A stretch of DNA of 64,000 nt, taken from the NCBI GenBank assembly GCA_965206685.1, contig OZ242223.1, forward strand, positions 1,557,906 to 1,621,905, in the 5' to 3' direction. The position numbers and the translations under genes are program-made. The notes beneath the pieces are model-generated. The model was not told where the DNA came from and searched no databases. It worked only from the letters and a program-made list of their open reading frames with translations. This stretch comes from Sediminibacterium sp. GTDB lineage: Bacteria; Bacteroidota; Bacteroidia; Chitinophagales; Chitinophagaceae. This document shows, in pieces, positions 29,847 through 39,868 of this stretch; positions within the stretch are counted from its first letter, which is position 1, and every line of letters begins with the position of its first letter.

Positions 29847-32800
29847 ATGCAACTGAAAGGTTTAGTGCGATTTTTTGCGATTGCTTTGATACTCATCTGT
29901 GTCTATCAATTATCCTTTACCTGGTTTGTAAAAAACCACGAAGGCGAAATGGATAAAAAAGCCACAGAATGGATGAAAAGGTTTCCCACTCCTGAAGCAA
30001 AATACGCAGGTAATAAAGAATTACAGGCTGCTTATGCAGATAGCCTGAGCGATGTGAAGAAAGACCGACTGAAGCGTTTGCTCGACAGTACAAAAGACGC
30101 TAAACTGGCTTTTGGTCTGACTACTTACCGTGATGCCAAAGAAAAAGAACTGATGCTGGGTCTTGACCTGCAAGGTGGTATGAGCGTAACAATGGAAGTA
30201 GGCCTCGACGGTTTATTGAAATCATTGGCCAACTACACCAAAGATGCACAGTTCAACAAAGCATTGGATCAGGCCGTTGCCAGAAAAGCCAATAGTGGTG
30301 CAGATCTGATCACCTTGTTCCGCGAGGAACTGGCTAAAGTGAATCCTTCCGCAAAACTGGCACCTTTCTTTGCTGCCCGCAGTAATGGTAAAGTAAAGTT
30401 TGATGCAGGTGATGATGCAGTAGCTACTTATCTGAAAGACCAGGCGAATATCGCTTTCAATACCACTTACCGTATTCTCCGTACACGTATTGACCGTTTT
30501 GGTGTGGCTTCTCCCAATATCAACCCTGATCCTGCCAAAGGTATTATCAGTATTGAACTGGCAGGTGTTACCGATAAAGAAAGAGTACGTGCCTTTTTAC
30601 AATCTACCGCCAACTTACAATTCTTTGAAGTCTATACTTTTGAAAGCAAAGAATTACAGAACGGTATTGTAGCTGCAGATAAAGCAGTACAGGAATACCT
30701 GAATGGCATTACCCCTGCAGATACTGCTAAAAAAGCAGAGGCAAATGCAGATACTTCTGCTTTATCAAAACTGAAAGCGAAAGTTACCGCTGCTGCCGGT
30801 TCTAAAGCTGCTGATACAGCGAAAACCGCAACCATTTCTAATCTTACTACCAATACAACAAAAGGTTCTGCTAAAGTTGATTCAACAAAGATCAAAGCCA
30901 ATCAGAACCCGATTGCCCGACTGATTCAGTTTACACAACCGTATCAGGGTACAGATGGTAAAGTGGTATATCCTGCTGCTGTAGGTTATATTCCTTCAAA
31001 AGATACCGGTACCTTAAATGATTACCTGCGTATGGATTTTGTGAAGAGCAAATTCCCTGCTAACATGGTATTTATGTATGGTAAGGCTGAACTGAACGAT
31101 CCTAAGCTGAAAGATATCCTGATGTTATATGCCATCAAAACGCTCGACAATGGTCAGGCTGAATTAGGTGGTGAAGGTATCAGCGCTTCCCAGGATTATG
31201 ATGAGCGTGGCCGTATTGCGATCAAAATGAATATGGATAAAACCGGTACGGCTGTTTGGGCAAAAATGACCGCCCGTAACGTGGGTAAACCTGTTGCCGT
31301 TGTTCTGGATAATTTTGTTTACTCCGCTCCTAACGTTAACGAACCAATCACTACCGGTAATTCACAGATCGCCGGAAGCTATACGATTAAAGAAGCACAA
31401 GACCTTGCAGAGATCCTCGAAAGCGGTAAACTCCCTGCTCCTGCTAAAATTGTTCAGGAACAACAGGTTGGACCAACATTGGGTAAAGCGTCTGTAACAG
31501 GTGGCGCTATGTCGTTCCTGATTGCATTCGTTGTGATCTTCGCTTTGATGTTGTTATACTTTAACACAGGTGGATGGGTTGCCAACGTAGCCTTGATCCT
31601 TAACTTATTATTTACCATCGGTATCTTAAGTGCATTGGGCTTTACGCTTACGGCACCGGGTATTGCCGGTTTGGTACTTACCGTAGGTTTAGCGGTGGAT
31701 ACAAACGTAATTATCTTCGAGCGTATCAAAGAAGAGCTTACCAAGGGCAAGAGTTACCAGAATGCAGTTAATGATGGATACAAACGTTCACTGTCTCCAG
31801 TATTGGATGCACACGTTACTACCTTATTAACAGCCATTATCCTTGCTTACTTCGGATTGGGCCCTGTACTGGGTTTTGCAACCACACAGATCATCGGTAT
31901 CTTATTATCTCTGTTCTGCGGTATCCTTGTTTCAAGGTTGATCACAGACTGGTACATGAATAAGAACCGTCACTTTGAATACTTTACAGGCATCTCTAAG
32001 AAGATCTTCAAACACGCTTCTTTCAAATTCATCGAGTACAGGAAATATGCATATGTATTATCTGCTATCATTCTTGTATTAGGTGTAAGTACTTATTTCA
32101 ATGGTTTTGATGAGGGTGTTGAATTTTCAGGAGGCCGTAGCTATACCATTAAGTTTGATAAAGCGGTTAGTCCGGATGAGATCCGTGATGAGCTGAAAAA
32201 AGAATTCGGTGAAGCCGTGATCATTAAAACAGTGGATGTTAAGAACCAGGTGAACATTACCACTTCTTACAAGATCCATGAAACCGGTACCAATGTGGAT
32301 TCGCTGGTTGAGCAGAAATTGTTTGCCGGATTGAAGAATCATTTACCGCAGAATATAAATTTCATTGATTTCGAGAAGAACTATAAACAAAGTTCACAAA
32401 CCGTATTACCAACGATCTCTGATGATCTGAAAACAGGTGCACAGAAAGCGACCATTTTTGCGATGATCATTATCTGTTTGTACATCTTCATCCGATTCCG
32501 CGACTGGAGATATTCATTGGGTACGATTGTATCCTTGTTGCACGATGTATTGGTAACGCTGATCGTGTTCAGTTATGCACGTAAGATTGTTCCGTTCCCG
32601 TTAGAGATCGATCAGCATTTTATTGCTGCGGTGTTAACGGTAATCGGTTTCTCAATGAATGATACGGTGATTGTGTATGACCGTATCAGGGAAGACAGCG
32701 GATTGATGAAAGGTGCCGATAACGGTGCTGTGATCAACCGTGCGATCAATGAAACCCTGAGCCGTACGATCATGACTTCACTTACAGTGTTCTTAACCAT

Positions 32801-32960
32801 TTTGATCCTCTTCATCTTTGGTGGAGAAGTAACCAGAGGTTTTGCCTTTGCGATGTTGATTGGTGTGATCACCGGTACCTACTCTTCTATCTTTGTAGCA
32901 GCACCTATTCTGGTGGATTTTGCAAAGAACAGAGCATTGGGAAAGTCGAAGGATAAATAA
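29847..32960 (+). CDS. secDF: Fused protein translocase subunit SecDF
   Basis: 1037 aa with SecD and SecF TM bundles. The large periplasmic domain has an Ala/Lys/Thr-rich insert. Confidence 0.95.
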   Translation: MQLKGLVRFFAIALILICVYQLSFTWFVKNHEGEMDKKATEWMKRFPTPEAKYAGNKELQAAYADSLSDVKKDRLKRLLDSTKDAKLAFGLTTYRDAKEKELMLGLDLQGGMSVTMEVGLDGLLKSLANYTKDAQFNKALDQAVARKANSGADLITLFREELAKVNPSAKLAPFFAARSNGKVKFDAGDDAVATYLKDQANIAFNTTYRILRTRIDRFGVASPNINPDPAKGIISIELAGVTDKERVRAFLQSTANLQFFEVYTFESKELQNGIVAADKAVQEYLNGITPADTAKKAEANADTSALSKLKAKVTAAAGSKAADTAKTATISNLTTNTTKGSAKVDSTKIKANQNPIARLIQFTQPYQGTDGKVVYPAAVGYIPSKDTGTLNDYLRMDFVKSKFPANMVFMYGKAELNDPKLKDILMLYAIKTLDNGQAELGGEGISASQDYDERGRIAIKMNMDKTGTAVWAKMTARNVGKPVAVVLDNFVYSAPNVNEPITTGNSQIAGSYTIKEAQDLAEILESGKLPAPAKIVQEQQVGPTLGKASVTGGAMSFLIAFVVIFALMLLYFNTGGWVANVALILNLLFTIGILSALGFTLTAPGIAGLVLTVGLAVDTNVIIFERIKEELTKGKSYQNAVNDGYKRSLSPVLDAHVTTLLTAIILAYFGLGPVLGFATTQIIGILLSLFCGILVSRLITDWYMNKNRHFEYFTGISKKIFKHASFKFIEYRKYAYVLSAIILVLGVSTYFNGFDEGVEFSGGRSYTIKFDKAVSPDEIRDELKKEFGEAVIIKTVDVKNQVNITTSYKIHETGTNVDSLVEQKLFAGLKNHLPQNINFIDFEKNYKQSSQTVLPTISDDLKTGAQKATIFAMIIICLYIFIRFRDWRYSLGTIVSLLHDVLVTLIVFSYARKIVPFPLEIDQHFIAAVLTVIGFSMNDTVIVYDRIREDSGLMKGADNGAVINRAINETLSRTIMTSLTVFLTILILFIFGGEVTRGFAFAMLIGVITGTYSSIFVAAPILVDFAKNRALGKSKDK

Positions 32961-32982
32961 ATATCAGAAAATAATTTATACA

Positions 32983-33012
32983 AAGCCCGCAGCGAAAACT
33001 GCGGGCTTTTTT
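32983..33012 (+). terminator. Rho-independent terminator after secDF
   Basis: aagcccgcag/ctgcgggctt followed by a T-run. Confidence 0.7.
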
Positions 33013-33164
33013 CGGTCGGGACGCTAAAGCGGCCTGAACGATAAAAACCCCAATCACAATTAGCAGCACCGAAAAACGCAACTACGTTGAATTAAAAAAT
33101 TCCGAAAAAGTTTCTTTTAACAATTTTTATAAATTATCAGAAACTAATTTTACAGCATTGTTCT

Positions 33165-33545
33165 GTGCAACGCTTCAATAAACATATCGCCCGTGCAATA
33201 ACCTTGTTGGTAGCTTTACAGTTACTCAATCTGAGTATCTATGCTCAGGATTTTAAACCGATCTATAATGAAGCGGGTTCTGATGAAACCAATATCACTG
33301 AAACCGTTGTTGAATATGTGGTGGAGGTTGTGCTGGGACATACCAATGCCATTCCTGAACAAAAACAGAACCACAAAGATCTTCACTTTCATAAACACGT
33401 TTCATTTAAGGCCATCAGTTTTGCAAGGCCTGATATTCTTTCAGCCTCACAATTGAATATGGCAAAATTGCCTGTACTTCTGCACGAGTCGTTTGAAGAC
33501 CGATATTTTCAGGAGATCAATCCGCAACCGCCTAAAAAGGCTTAG
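33165..33545 (+). CDS. Small exported/anchored protein of unknown family preceding efflux module 1
   Basis: GTG start, N-terminal hydrophobic helix, His cluster NHKDLHFHKH, C-terminal NPQPPKKA. Paralogue at 39417-39803. Confidence 0.55.
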   Translation: MQRFNKHIARAITLLVALQLLNLSIYAQDFKPIYNEAGSDETNITETVVEYVVEVVLGHTNAIPEQKQNHKDLHFHKHVSFKAISFARPDILSASQLNMAKLPVLLHESFEDRYFQEINPQPPKKA

Positions 33546-33634
33546 TTCCTCTTTGTTTATAAGTAATATCATTTACGATGCTGCCTTGGCATGACCGTAT
33601 CTGATACACGTTCATTTTCTCTAAAATAATTTTT

Positions 33635-34942
33635 ATGGCTACTAAAAAAGTGTACAGGCAATTGCCTGTGTTACTGCTGTGTATAAGCATAGCAGGGATC
33701 TTTTGTGCAACAAAACTGAATGCGCAAAACTCAACAGACACGCTCCGGCTGGCTTTGCCGGATGCAGAAAAAATATTTATGGAGAAGAATCTTTCTCTGC
33801 TGGCAACCAAATACAATATCGATATTAATAAAGCACTGACTGAGCAGGCAAAGCTTTGGGATAATCCGGTATTGGTTACTGATCAGAATATCTATGCAGA
33901 TCATGCATTTTTTGCGCATGGTAAAGATGCGAATGGACAACCTACCGGGCAATATTTTATTCAGATACAGCAATTAATTAAAACTGCAGGCAAACGAAGC
34001 AAATGGGTTGCCATGGCAGAAACCAATACCAAACTGAGTGACCTGCTGTTTACGGAAGTGATGCGAAATTTAAAATATCAATTGCGTACAGATTATTATA
34101 CCATCGCGAAACTTACTGCGGTTCATCAGTTGTATGCAACGGAGTTGTCGCAGTTGCAGTTCTTATTATCGGGAATGGAAGCCCAATTAAAAGCAGGCAA
34201 TATTGCGCAGAAAGATTATTTGCGGATCAGAGCGTTAATTTATTCAATGCAGCAGGATGAGGCGGATAATGACCGGCAATTAGCAGACGCGGAAACAGAT
34301 CTGAAAACATTGCTGCAATTGAATGGTAATGTATTTGTCCATGCCACCATAAAAGAAGCAACCTCTGCAAACACTGATGATCTCAAATTAGCAGACCTTC
34401 TCACAGCTGCTAAACAACATAACAGCGGATATCAGATACAGCAATTACAACTTTTGTATCAGCAACAAAATCTGAGTTACCAAAAATCGTTGAAGTCGCC
34501 CGACCTCACGATTGGGCCTGAGTATGATCATAACAGTAATTATGCACCGCATTATGTTGGGTTAAGCATCTCGCTTCCATTAAACATATTTAATAAGAAC
34601 CAGGGCAATATTAAAGCTGCCCAGTTTTCAGTAAAACAACAGGAAACCTATGTGAATGAAGCCGAACTGGAATTAAGCAATGCAGTTCAGAATGCGATGA
34701 ACAAACTGCTGCTTACCAAACAACTCAGCAGTAAACAGGAACAGGATTTTTATACCAGTTATGAAACCCTGTTCAGAAACATAACAGAAAGTTATCGCCA
34801 AAGACAGATCAGCCTGATAGAGTTTATTGATTCATTTGATGCTTATCGCGATACACGGTTGCAATGGCTGCAACAGCAATTAAATCTACAGTTAGCAAAA
34901 GAAGAATTGAATTATCAGGCCGGAAAGGATGTGGCCAAATAA
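33635..34942 (+). CDS. TolC-family outer membrane efflux protein (CzcC-like), module 1
   Basis: Signal peptide and two TolC repeats. Position upstream of the MFP and RND genes. Confidence 0.88.
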   Translation: MATKKVYRQLPVLLLCISIAGIFCATKLNAQNSTDTLRLALPDAEKIFMEKNLSLLATKYNIDINKALTEQAKLWDNPVLVTDQNIYADHAFFAHGKDANGQPTGQYFIQIQQLIKTAGKRSKWVAMAETNTKLSDLLFTEVMRNLKYQLRTDYYTIAKLTAVHQLYATELSQLQFLLSGMEAQLKAGNIAQKDYLRIRALIYSMQQDEADNDRQLADAETDLKTLLQLNGNVFVHATIKEATSANTDDLKLADLLTAAKQHNSGYQIQQLQLLYQQQNLSYQKSLKSPDLTIGPEYDHNSNYAPHYVGLSISLPLNIFNKNQGNIKAAQFSVKQQETYVNEAELELSNAVQNAMNKLLLTKQLSSKQEQDFYTSYETLFRNITESYRQRQISLIEFIDSFDAYRDTRLQWLQQQLNLQLAKEELNYQAGKDVAK

Positions 34943-34948
34943 TCATTA

Positions 34949-36082
34949 ATGAATACAACTAAATATACGACGATGAAAAAGATAACGTTTTACACAATCA
35001 GTCTAATGGTATTATGTATAACAGCCCTATTCAGTTCCTGTAAAGAAAATATTCCTGTTGAACAGAAAGAGCAAAAAGTATGCATTAGTGATTCGATGCA
35101 GAAAATGATCGCATTGGATACGGCAAAAATTTCCAATATCAACGATGAACTTTCTCTTTCGGGTGAAGTGAGTTTTGATGCAAATAAAGTGATCAAGGTA
35201 TACCCATTCAGCAGCGGACAGGTTGTGGAAGCGAAAGCTACATTGGGTGACAGAGTAACCAAAGGACAGGTTCTGGCTGTGATCAAAAGTGCTGATATCG
35301 CAGGTAATTACAGCGATCTGAAATCGGCAGGCTCAGATATCGCGATAGCCAAAAGAGAAATGGATAATGCAAAACTATTGTATGATAAAGGTATCAGCAG
35401 TGAGAGGGAATTAACCATTGCCAAAGAGAATTATGAAAAAGCAGTAACGGCAGGTAATAAAGTGAATGATCAGATCAAAATTAATGGTGGCGGACATACC
35501 GATGCCAACGGCAGTTATGTAATCACGGCACCGGCAAGCGGTTATATTGTTGAGAAGAATATTACGGCGGGAAGTTTTATCCGGAATGATAATACGAATA
35601 GCCTGTTCACAATTTCAGATCTTTCCAATGTATGGATCTGGGCCAATGTGTTTGAAGCCGATATTCCAAAAGTAAAAGAAGGGTATGATGCGAAGATCAC
35701 AACCCTCGCCTATCCTGATAAAGTATTCAATGCCAAAATAGATAAGATCAGTGAGGTACTGGATCCACAGAATAAAGTGATGCGTGTTCGTATCAATCTC
35801 CCCAATAATAATTATTTACTGAAACCTGAAATGTTTACCAATGTGGTGATCACCAATAAGGAACCTAATAAGGCAGTAAGTATTCCTTCAGAAGCAGTGG
35901 TATTTGATAACAGCAGAAAGTTTGTGGTTTTGTATCATGATAAATGTAATCTGGAAATCAAGGAAGTAACATTATTAAAAACGGTTGGCAATATAACCTA
36001 TGTGCAAAGTGGATTAGCAACAGGCGATGTGGTGGTGAGCAAGAACCAGATCCTTTTATACAGGGCGCTAACAGAAAAATAG
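34949..36082 (+). CDS. Efflux RND periplasmic adaptor (MFP, CzcB-like), module 1
   Basis: Lipoyl/barrel motifs (GQVLAVIKSADI), coiled-coil hairpin. Confidence 0.9.
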   Translation: MNTTKYTTMKKITFYTISLMVLCITALFSSCKENIPVEQKEQKVCISDSMQKMIALDTAKISNINDELSLSGEVSFDANKVIKVYPFSSGQVVEAKATLGDRVTKGQVLAVIKSADIAGNYSDLKSAGSDIAIAKREMDNAKLLYDKGISSERELTIAKENYEKAVTAGNKVNDQIKINGGGHTDANGSYVITAPASGYIVEKNITAGSFIRNDNTNSLFTISDLSNVWIWANVFEADIPKVKEGYDAKITTLAYPDKVFNAKIDKISEVLDPQNKVMRVRINLPNNNYLLKPEMFTNVVITNKEPNKAVSIPSEAVVFDNSRKFVVLYHDKCNLEIKEVTLLKTVGNITYVQSGLATGDVVVSKNQILLYRALTEK

Positions 36083-36126
36083 TTCCTGTACACAAATTCT
36101 TTTCATTAACCACACAAATTACAAAC

Positions 36127-39100
36127 ATGAATAAGTTTATAAAAAATATCATCCATTTTTCATTGCGGCACAGGTATCTGGTTTTCTTTTTAACAGGTAT
36201 TCTGGTAGTACTGGGCATCTGGAGTTATAAGGAAACACCGATTGAAACATTTCCGGATGTAACCAATACGCAGATCATTATCATTACCCAATGGCCGGGA
36301 CGCAGTGCAGAGGAAGTAGAGAAATTTATCACGATCCCGATGGAGACGGTTTTGAATTCCGTACAAAAGAAATCAAACCTGCGTACCACTTCTTCCTTTG
36401 GTCTTTCCTATATCCGCCTCATTTTTGACGATGATGTGGATGATGCATTTGCCCGTCAACAGGTAATGAGCCGTATAGGCGGCGCAGACCTGCCGGATGG
36501 TGTAAAGCCTGATGTGCAGCCACCGTATGGTCCTACCGGTGAAATTTTCCGTTATACGTTAAGAAGTAAGATCTCTGATATCAGACAATTAACCACTATT
36601 CAGGATTGGGTGCTCGACAGGCAATTCAAATCTGTTCCCGGTGTTGCCGATGTAAACAGTTTTGGCGGTGAGGAGAAAACATTTGAGATCAGTGTAAATC
36701 CTAATCTGCTTACCAAATACAATCTATCTTCTATTGATGTTTATAATGCAGTTGCCAAAAGTAATATTAATGTAGGGGGCGATGTAATCAATAAGAATGG
36801 GCAGAGTTATGTGGTTCGTGGTATTGGATTGCTGAATGATATTGATGATATCAATAACGTAATTGTTACCCGTATTGATAATGTACCTATCCTTGTTCGT
36901 AATGTAGCAACTGTTGTGGAAAGCAGTAAACCCAAATTAGGACAGGTGGCGCGAAACAAAGAACAGAACCAGATAGAAGGGATCATTGTAATGCGCAAAG
37001 GAGAAAACCCTGCAGACGTATTGGAGAATATCCGTGAGAAAGTAAAAGAACTCAATACAACGATACTACCCAAAGATGTAAAGATTGATACCTTCTACGA
37101 CAGAACTAACCTGATCGATTTCTGTACAGAAACGGTGATCCATAATTTACTGGAAGGAATTATTCTGGTAACCTGTATCGTATTGCTGTTCATGGCTGAT
37201 TGGCGTACAACGGTAACGGTAAGTATTGTGATTCCGCTAGCGCTGCTGTTTGCCTTTATATGTATGCAATTAAAACATATGACAGCAAACCTGCTGAGTA
37301 TGGGTGCAGTGGATTTTGGAATTATCATTGATGGTGCCGTGGTGATGGTAGAGGGTTTATTTGTGGCATTGGATAGTAAGGCCAGAGAAGTGGGCATGGA
37401 AAAATTCAATAAGCTCGCAAAACTGGGTTTGTTTAAAACCAAAGGAACTGAAATGGGTAAAGCGATCTTCTTTTCCAAGCTGATCATCATTACCTGTCTG
37501 ATCCCCATTTTCGCATTCCAGAAAGTAGAAGGAAAAATGTTCTCTCCCCTCGCCTATACATTGGGTTTTGCCTTATTGGGAGCATTGATCTTTACACTAA
37601 CCCTGGTTCCTGCATTATCAAGTATCCTGTTGAGAAAGAATGTGCGTGAAAAACATAATCCTATTGTGATCTTCTTCGAAAAAGGAATTTCTAAGATGTT
37701 GAATTTTGTTTACCGGAATCAGAAGAAAAGTGTGATCGTGGCGGTGGTGGTCATGTTCCTTAGTTTTTTCTCAGCTAAATTTCTCGGAACAGAATTCCTT
37801 CCGCAGTTAAATGAAGGGGCTTTATGGGTTACCGCCGAATTGCCGATGAGCGTTTCACTGGAAGAAGCCAATACACTCTCTGCAAAAATGGTAGATGTAT
37901 TACAAACTTTTCCGGAAGTAAAACAAACCTTAACACAGGTAGGACGCACCAATGACGGTACTGATCCAAAAGGCTTCTTTAATGTGCAGATACAGGTTGA
38001 TCTGCGTCCAGCCAAAGAATGGAAACGAAAAGGAACGGTTGATGATCTGATCGCTGATATGGATAAACAGCTCAGTAAATTCCCCGGCATTGTTTACAAC
38101 TATTCACAACCGATACGGGATAATGTTGCAGAAGCCGTGGCGGGTGTACCTGCTTCATTGGCCGTAAAAATATTCGGCCCGGATTTTAATGTGTTGGATA
38201 AAGCTTCGCGTGAAGTAATGGCCCAATTAAAAACAGTGAATGGTGTGGAAGATCTGGGTATTTTGAAGAACCTTGGTCAGCCTGAATTCAGGATTGAACT
38301 TGATCAGCGAAAAATGGCATTCTATGGTGTAAATACGGCCGATGCACAAAGTGTAATTGAAATGGCCATTGGTGGTAAAGCGGCCACACAATTATATGAA
38401 GGCGAAAGAAAATTTGATATCCGTATACGCTATCAGGAAGGTTTTAGGGACGATCAGGATAAGATCGAGAACCTGATGGTGCCGGCAACGGATGGTGCAA
38501 AAGTGCCGTTGAAAAATATCGCTGATATCAAAACGCTTACCGGTCCGGCATTTATTTATCGGGACAACAATATGCGTTATATCGCCGTAAAGTTTTCCAT
38601 CCGTGGCCGCGATCTGGGAAGTACGATCAAAGAAGCACAGGCAAAAGTGTCGGCCAATGTGGTGATCCCTGAAGGATATAAGACAACCTGGAACGGTGAA
38701 TTTGAAAATCAGATCCGGGCATCGCAAACACTGGCAAGAGTGGTTCCGGTTTGTTTGCTGGTCATATTCATGATCCTGTTTATCACGTTTGCAAACGTAA
38801 AAGATGCGGTACTTACCATCCTTAATGTACCGTTTGCATTGATCGGCGGTATTCTGGCCTTGCATATTACCGGCATCAATTTTAGTATCAGTGCCGGTAT
38901 CGGCTTTATTGCGCTGTTCGGTGTCTGTATCCAGAATGGTGTGATCCTGATCTCGGTATTCCGAAAAAATCTGGAAGAAAAAATGGGATTGGATGATGCC
39001 ATTAAACTGGGGGTGATCTCAAGGGTTCGCCCTGTAGTTATGACCGCATTGATGGCCGCGATCGGCCTTTTACCTGCCGCCATCAGCACAGGTATCGGTT

Positions 39101-39261
39101 CTGAAACACAAAAGCCATTGGCGATTGTGGTGATTGGTGGTTTGATCACCTCAACCATACTCACCTTACTCATTCTGCCGGTGATCTATGCATTGGTGTA
39201 TAATCTCATCCACAAAAGAGAAAACCGGAAATTATTAAAGAAAACAGGGCTTTTACAATAA
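36127..39261 (+). CDS. CusA/CzcA-family heavy-metal efflux RND permease, module 1
   Basis: 1044 aa, 12-TM RND architecture. GAVDFGIIIDGAVVMVE is typical of the HME family. Confidence 0.93.
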   Translation: MNKFIKNIIHFSLRHRYLVFFLTGILVVLGIWSYKETPIETFPDVTNTQIIIITQWPGRSAEEVEKFITIPMETVLNSVQKKSNLRTTSSFGLSYIRLIFDDDVDDAFARQQVMSRIGGADLPDGVKPDVQPPYGPTGEIFRYTLRSKISDIRQLTTIQDWVLDRQFKSVPGVADVNSFGGEEKTFEISVNPNLLTKYNLSSIDVYNAVAKSNINVGGDVINKNGQSYVVRGIGLLNDIDDINNVIVTRIDNVPILVRNVATVVESSKPKLGQVARNKEQNQIEGIIVMRKGENPADVLENIREKVKELNTTILPKDVKIDTFYDRTNLIDFCTETVIHNLLEGIILVTCIVLLFMADWRTTVTVSIVIPLALLFAFICMQLKHMTANLLSMGAVDFGIIIDGAVVMVEGLFVALDSKAREVGMEKFNKLAKLGLFKTKGTEMGKAIFFSKLIIITCLIPIFAFQKVEGKMFSPLAYTLGFALLGALIFTLTLVPALSSILLRKNVREKHNPIVIFFEKGISKMLNFVYRNQKKSVIVAVVVMFLSFFSAKFLGTEFLPQLNEGALWVTAELPMSVSLEEANTLSAKMVDVLQTFPEVKQTLTQVGRTNDGTDPKGFFNVQIQVDLRPAKEWKRKGTVDDLIADMDKQLSKFPGIVYNYSQPIRDNVAEAVAGVPASLAVKIFGPDFNVLDKASREVMAQLKTVNGVEDLGILKNLGQPEFRIELDQRKMAFYGVNTADAQSVIEMAIGGKAATQLYEGERKFDIRIRYQEGFRDDQDKIENLMVPATDGAKVPLKNIADIKTLTGPAFIYRDNNMRYIAVKFSIRGRDLGSTIKEAQAKVSANVVIPEGYKTTWNGEFENQIRASQTLARVVPVCLLVIFMILFITFANVKDAVLTILNVPFALIGGILALHITGINFSISAGIGFIALFGVCIQNGVILISVFRKNLEEKMGLDDAIKLGVISRVRPVVMTALMAAIGLLPAAISTGIGSETQKPLAIVVIGGLITSTILTLLILPVIYALVYNLIHKRENRKLLKKTGLLQ

Positions 39262-39310
39262 AAGTCAAACTTTTAAGGATAGCAACATATGCTCAGAACA
39301 ACGCTATCCG

Positions 39311-39337
39311 GCCCGTCCGTTCCCGGACGGGCTTTTT
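39311..39337 (+). terminator. Rho-independent terminator between the two efflux modules
   Basis: gcccgtccg/cggacgggc followed by ttttt. Confidence 0.7.
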
Positions 39338-39416
39338 GTTATCAAATCGTTAATGGATTTTAATGATTTATTTAAAATTCCAGAACTCTTTATTCATTAG
39401 TTTTGCTGCTCTGAGC

Positions 39417-39803
39417 ATGAAGACCATTTATACGATATTGCATAAATGTCTGTTGATTATTTTAGCCATTCAGCTACTGAATATGAGCTTTAATAACCTC
39501 AACAACTTTTTTTCGGGCCAACCGGAAACCTCCATCTCATATCATAATCAGATTGATAGTGGCTTTGAATATATAACCGAGCATTTATTGGGTTGGGACA
39601 ATTATGTACCCGAGAATAAATCGCGTACCGATCATCAGGCCAATCACCTGCACAAAGTGGGAAATACCTGTTTGTATGTTCCACATATCCCTGTTGAAAT
39701 AACACAGGATGAGTTTGCTCCCGCACAAAATTACCCGGTTGCCGTTTTCAGTACCATGAAGGGTTTTGAAATGGAAGTAAATCCGCCACCGCCCAAAGCG
39801 TAA
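39417..39803 (+). CDS. Small exported/anchored protein, paralogue of 33165-33545, preceding efflux module 2
   Basis: Aligns with the first copy from ATG 39417 (LAIQLLNMS vs LVALQLLNLS). His motif DHQANHLHK, C-terminal NPPPPKA. Confidence 0.55.
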   Translation: MKTIYTILHKCLLIILAIQLLNMSFNNLNNFFSGQPETSISYHNQIDSGFEYITEHLLGWDNYVPENKSRTDHQANHLHKVGNTCLYVPHIPVEITQDEFAPAQNYPVAVFSTMKGFEMEVNPPPPKA

Positions 39804-39868
39804 TTGCTTTCTCCATTTTTTCTGGCAATTTACTGCCCGTTTCTATTTATTGATTTCAAATTATTTTG

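Noticed and set aside
36807-39173. Multiple antisense ORFs of 88-157 aa inside czcA module 1, with equivalents at 42829-45502 in module 2
   Set aside because: They are shadow ORFs of a long, well-supported RND permease gene. They recur in both paralogues only because the sense strand is conserved.
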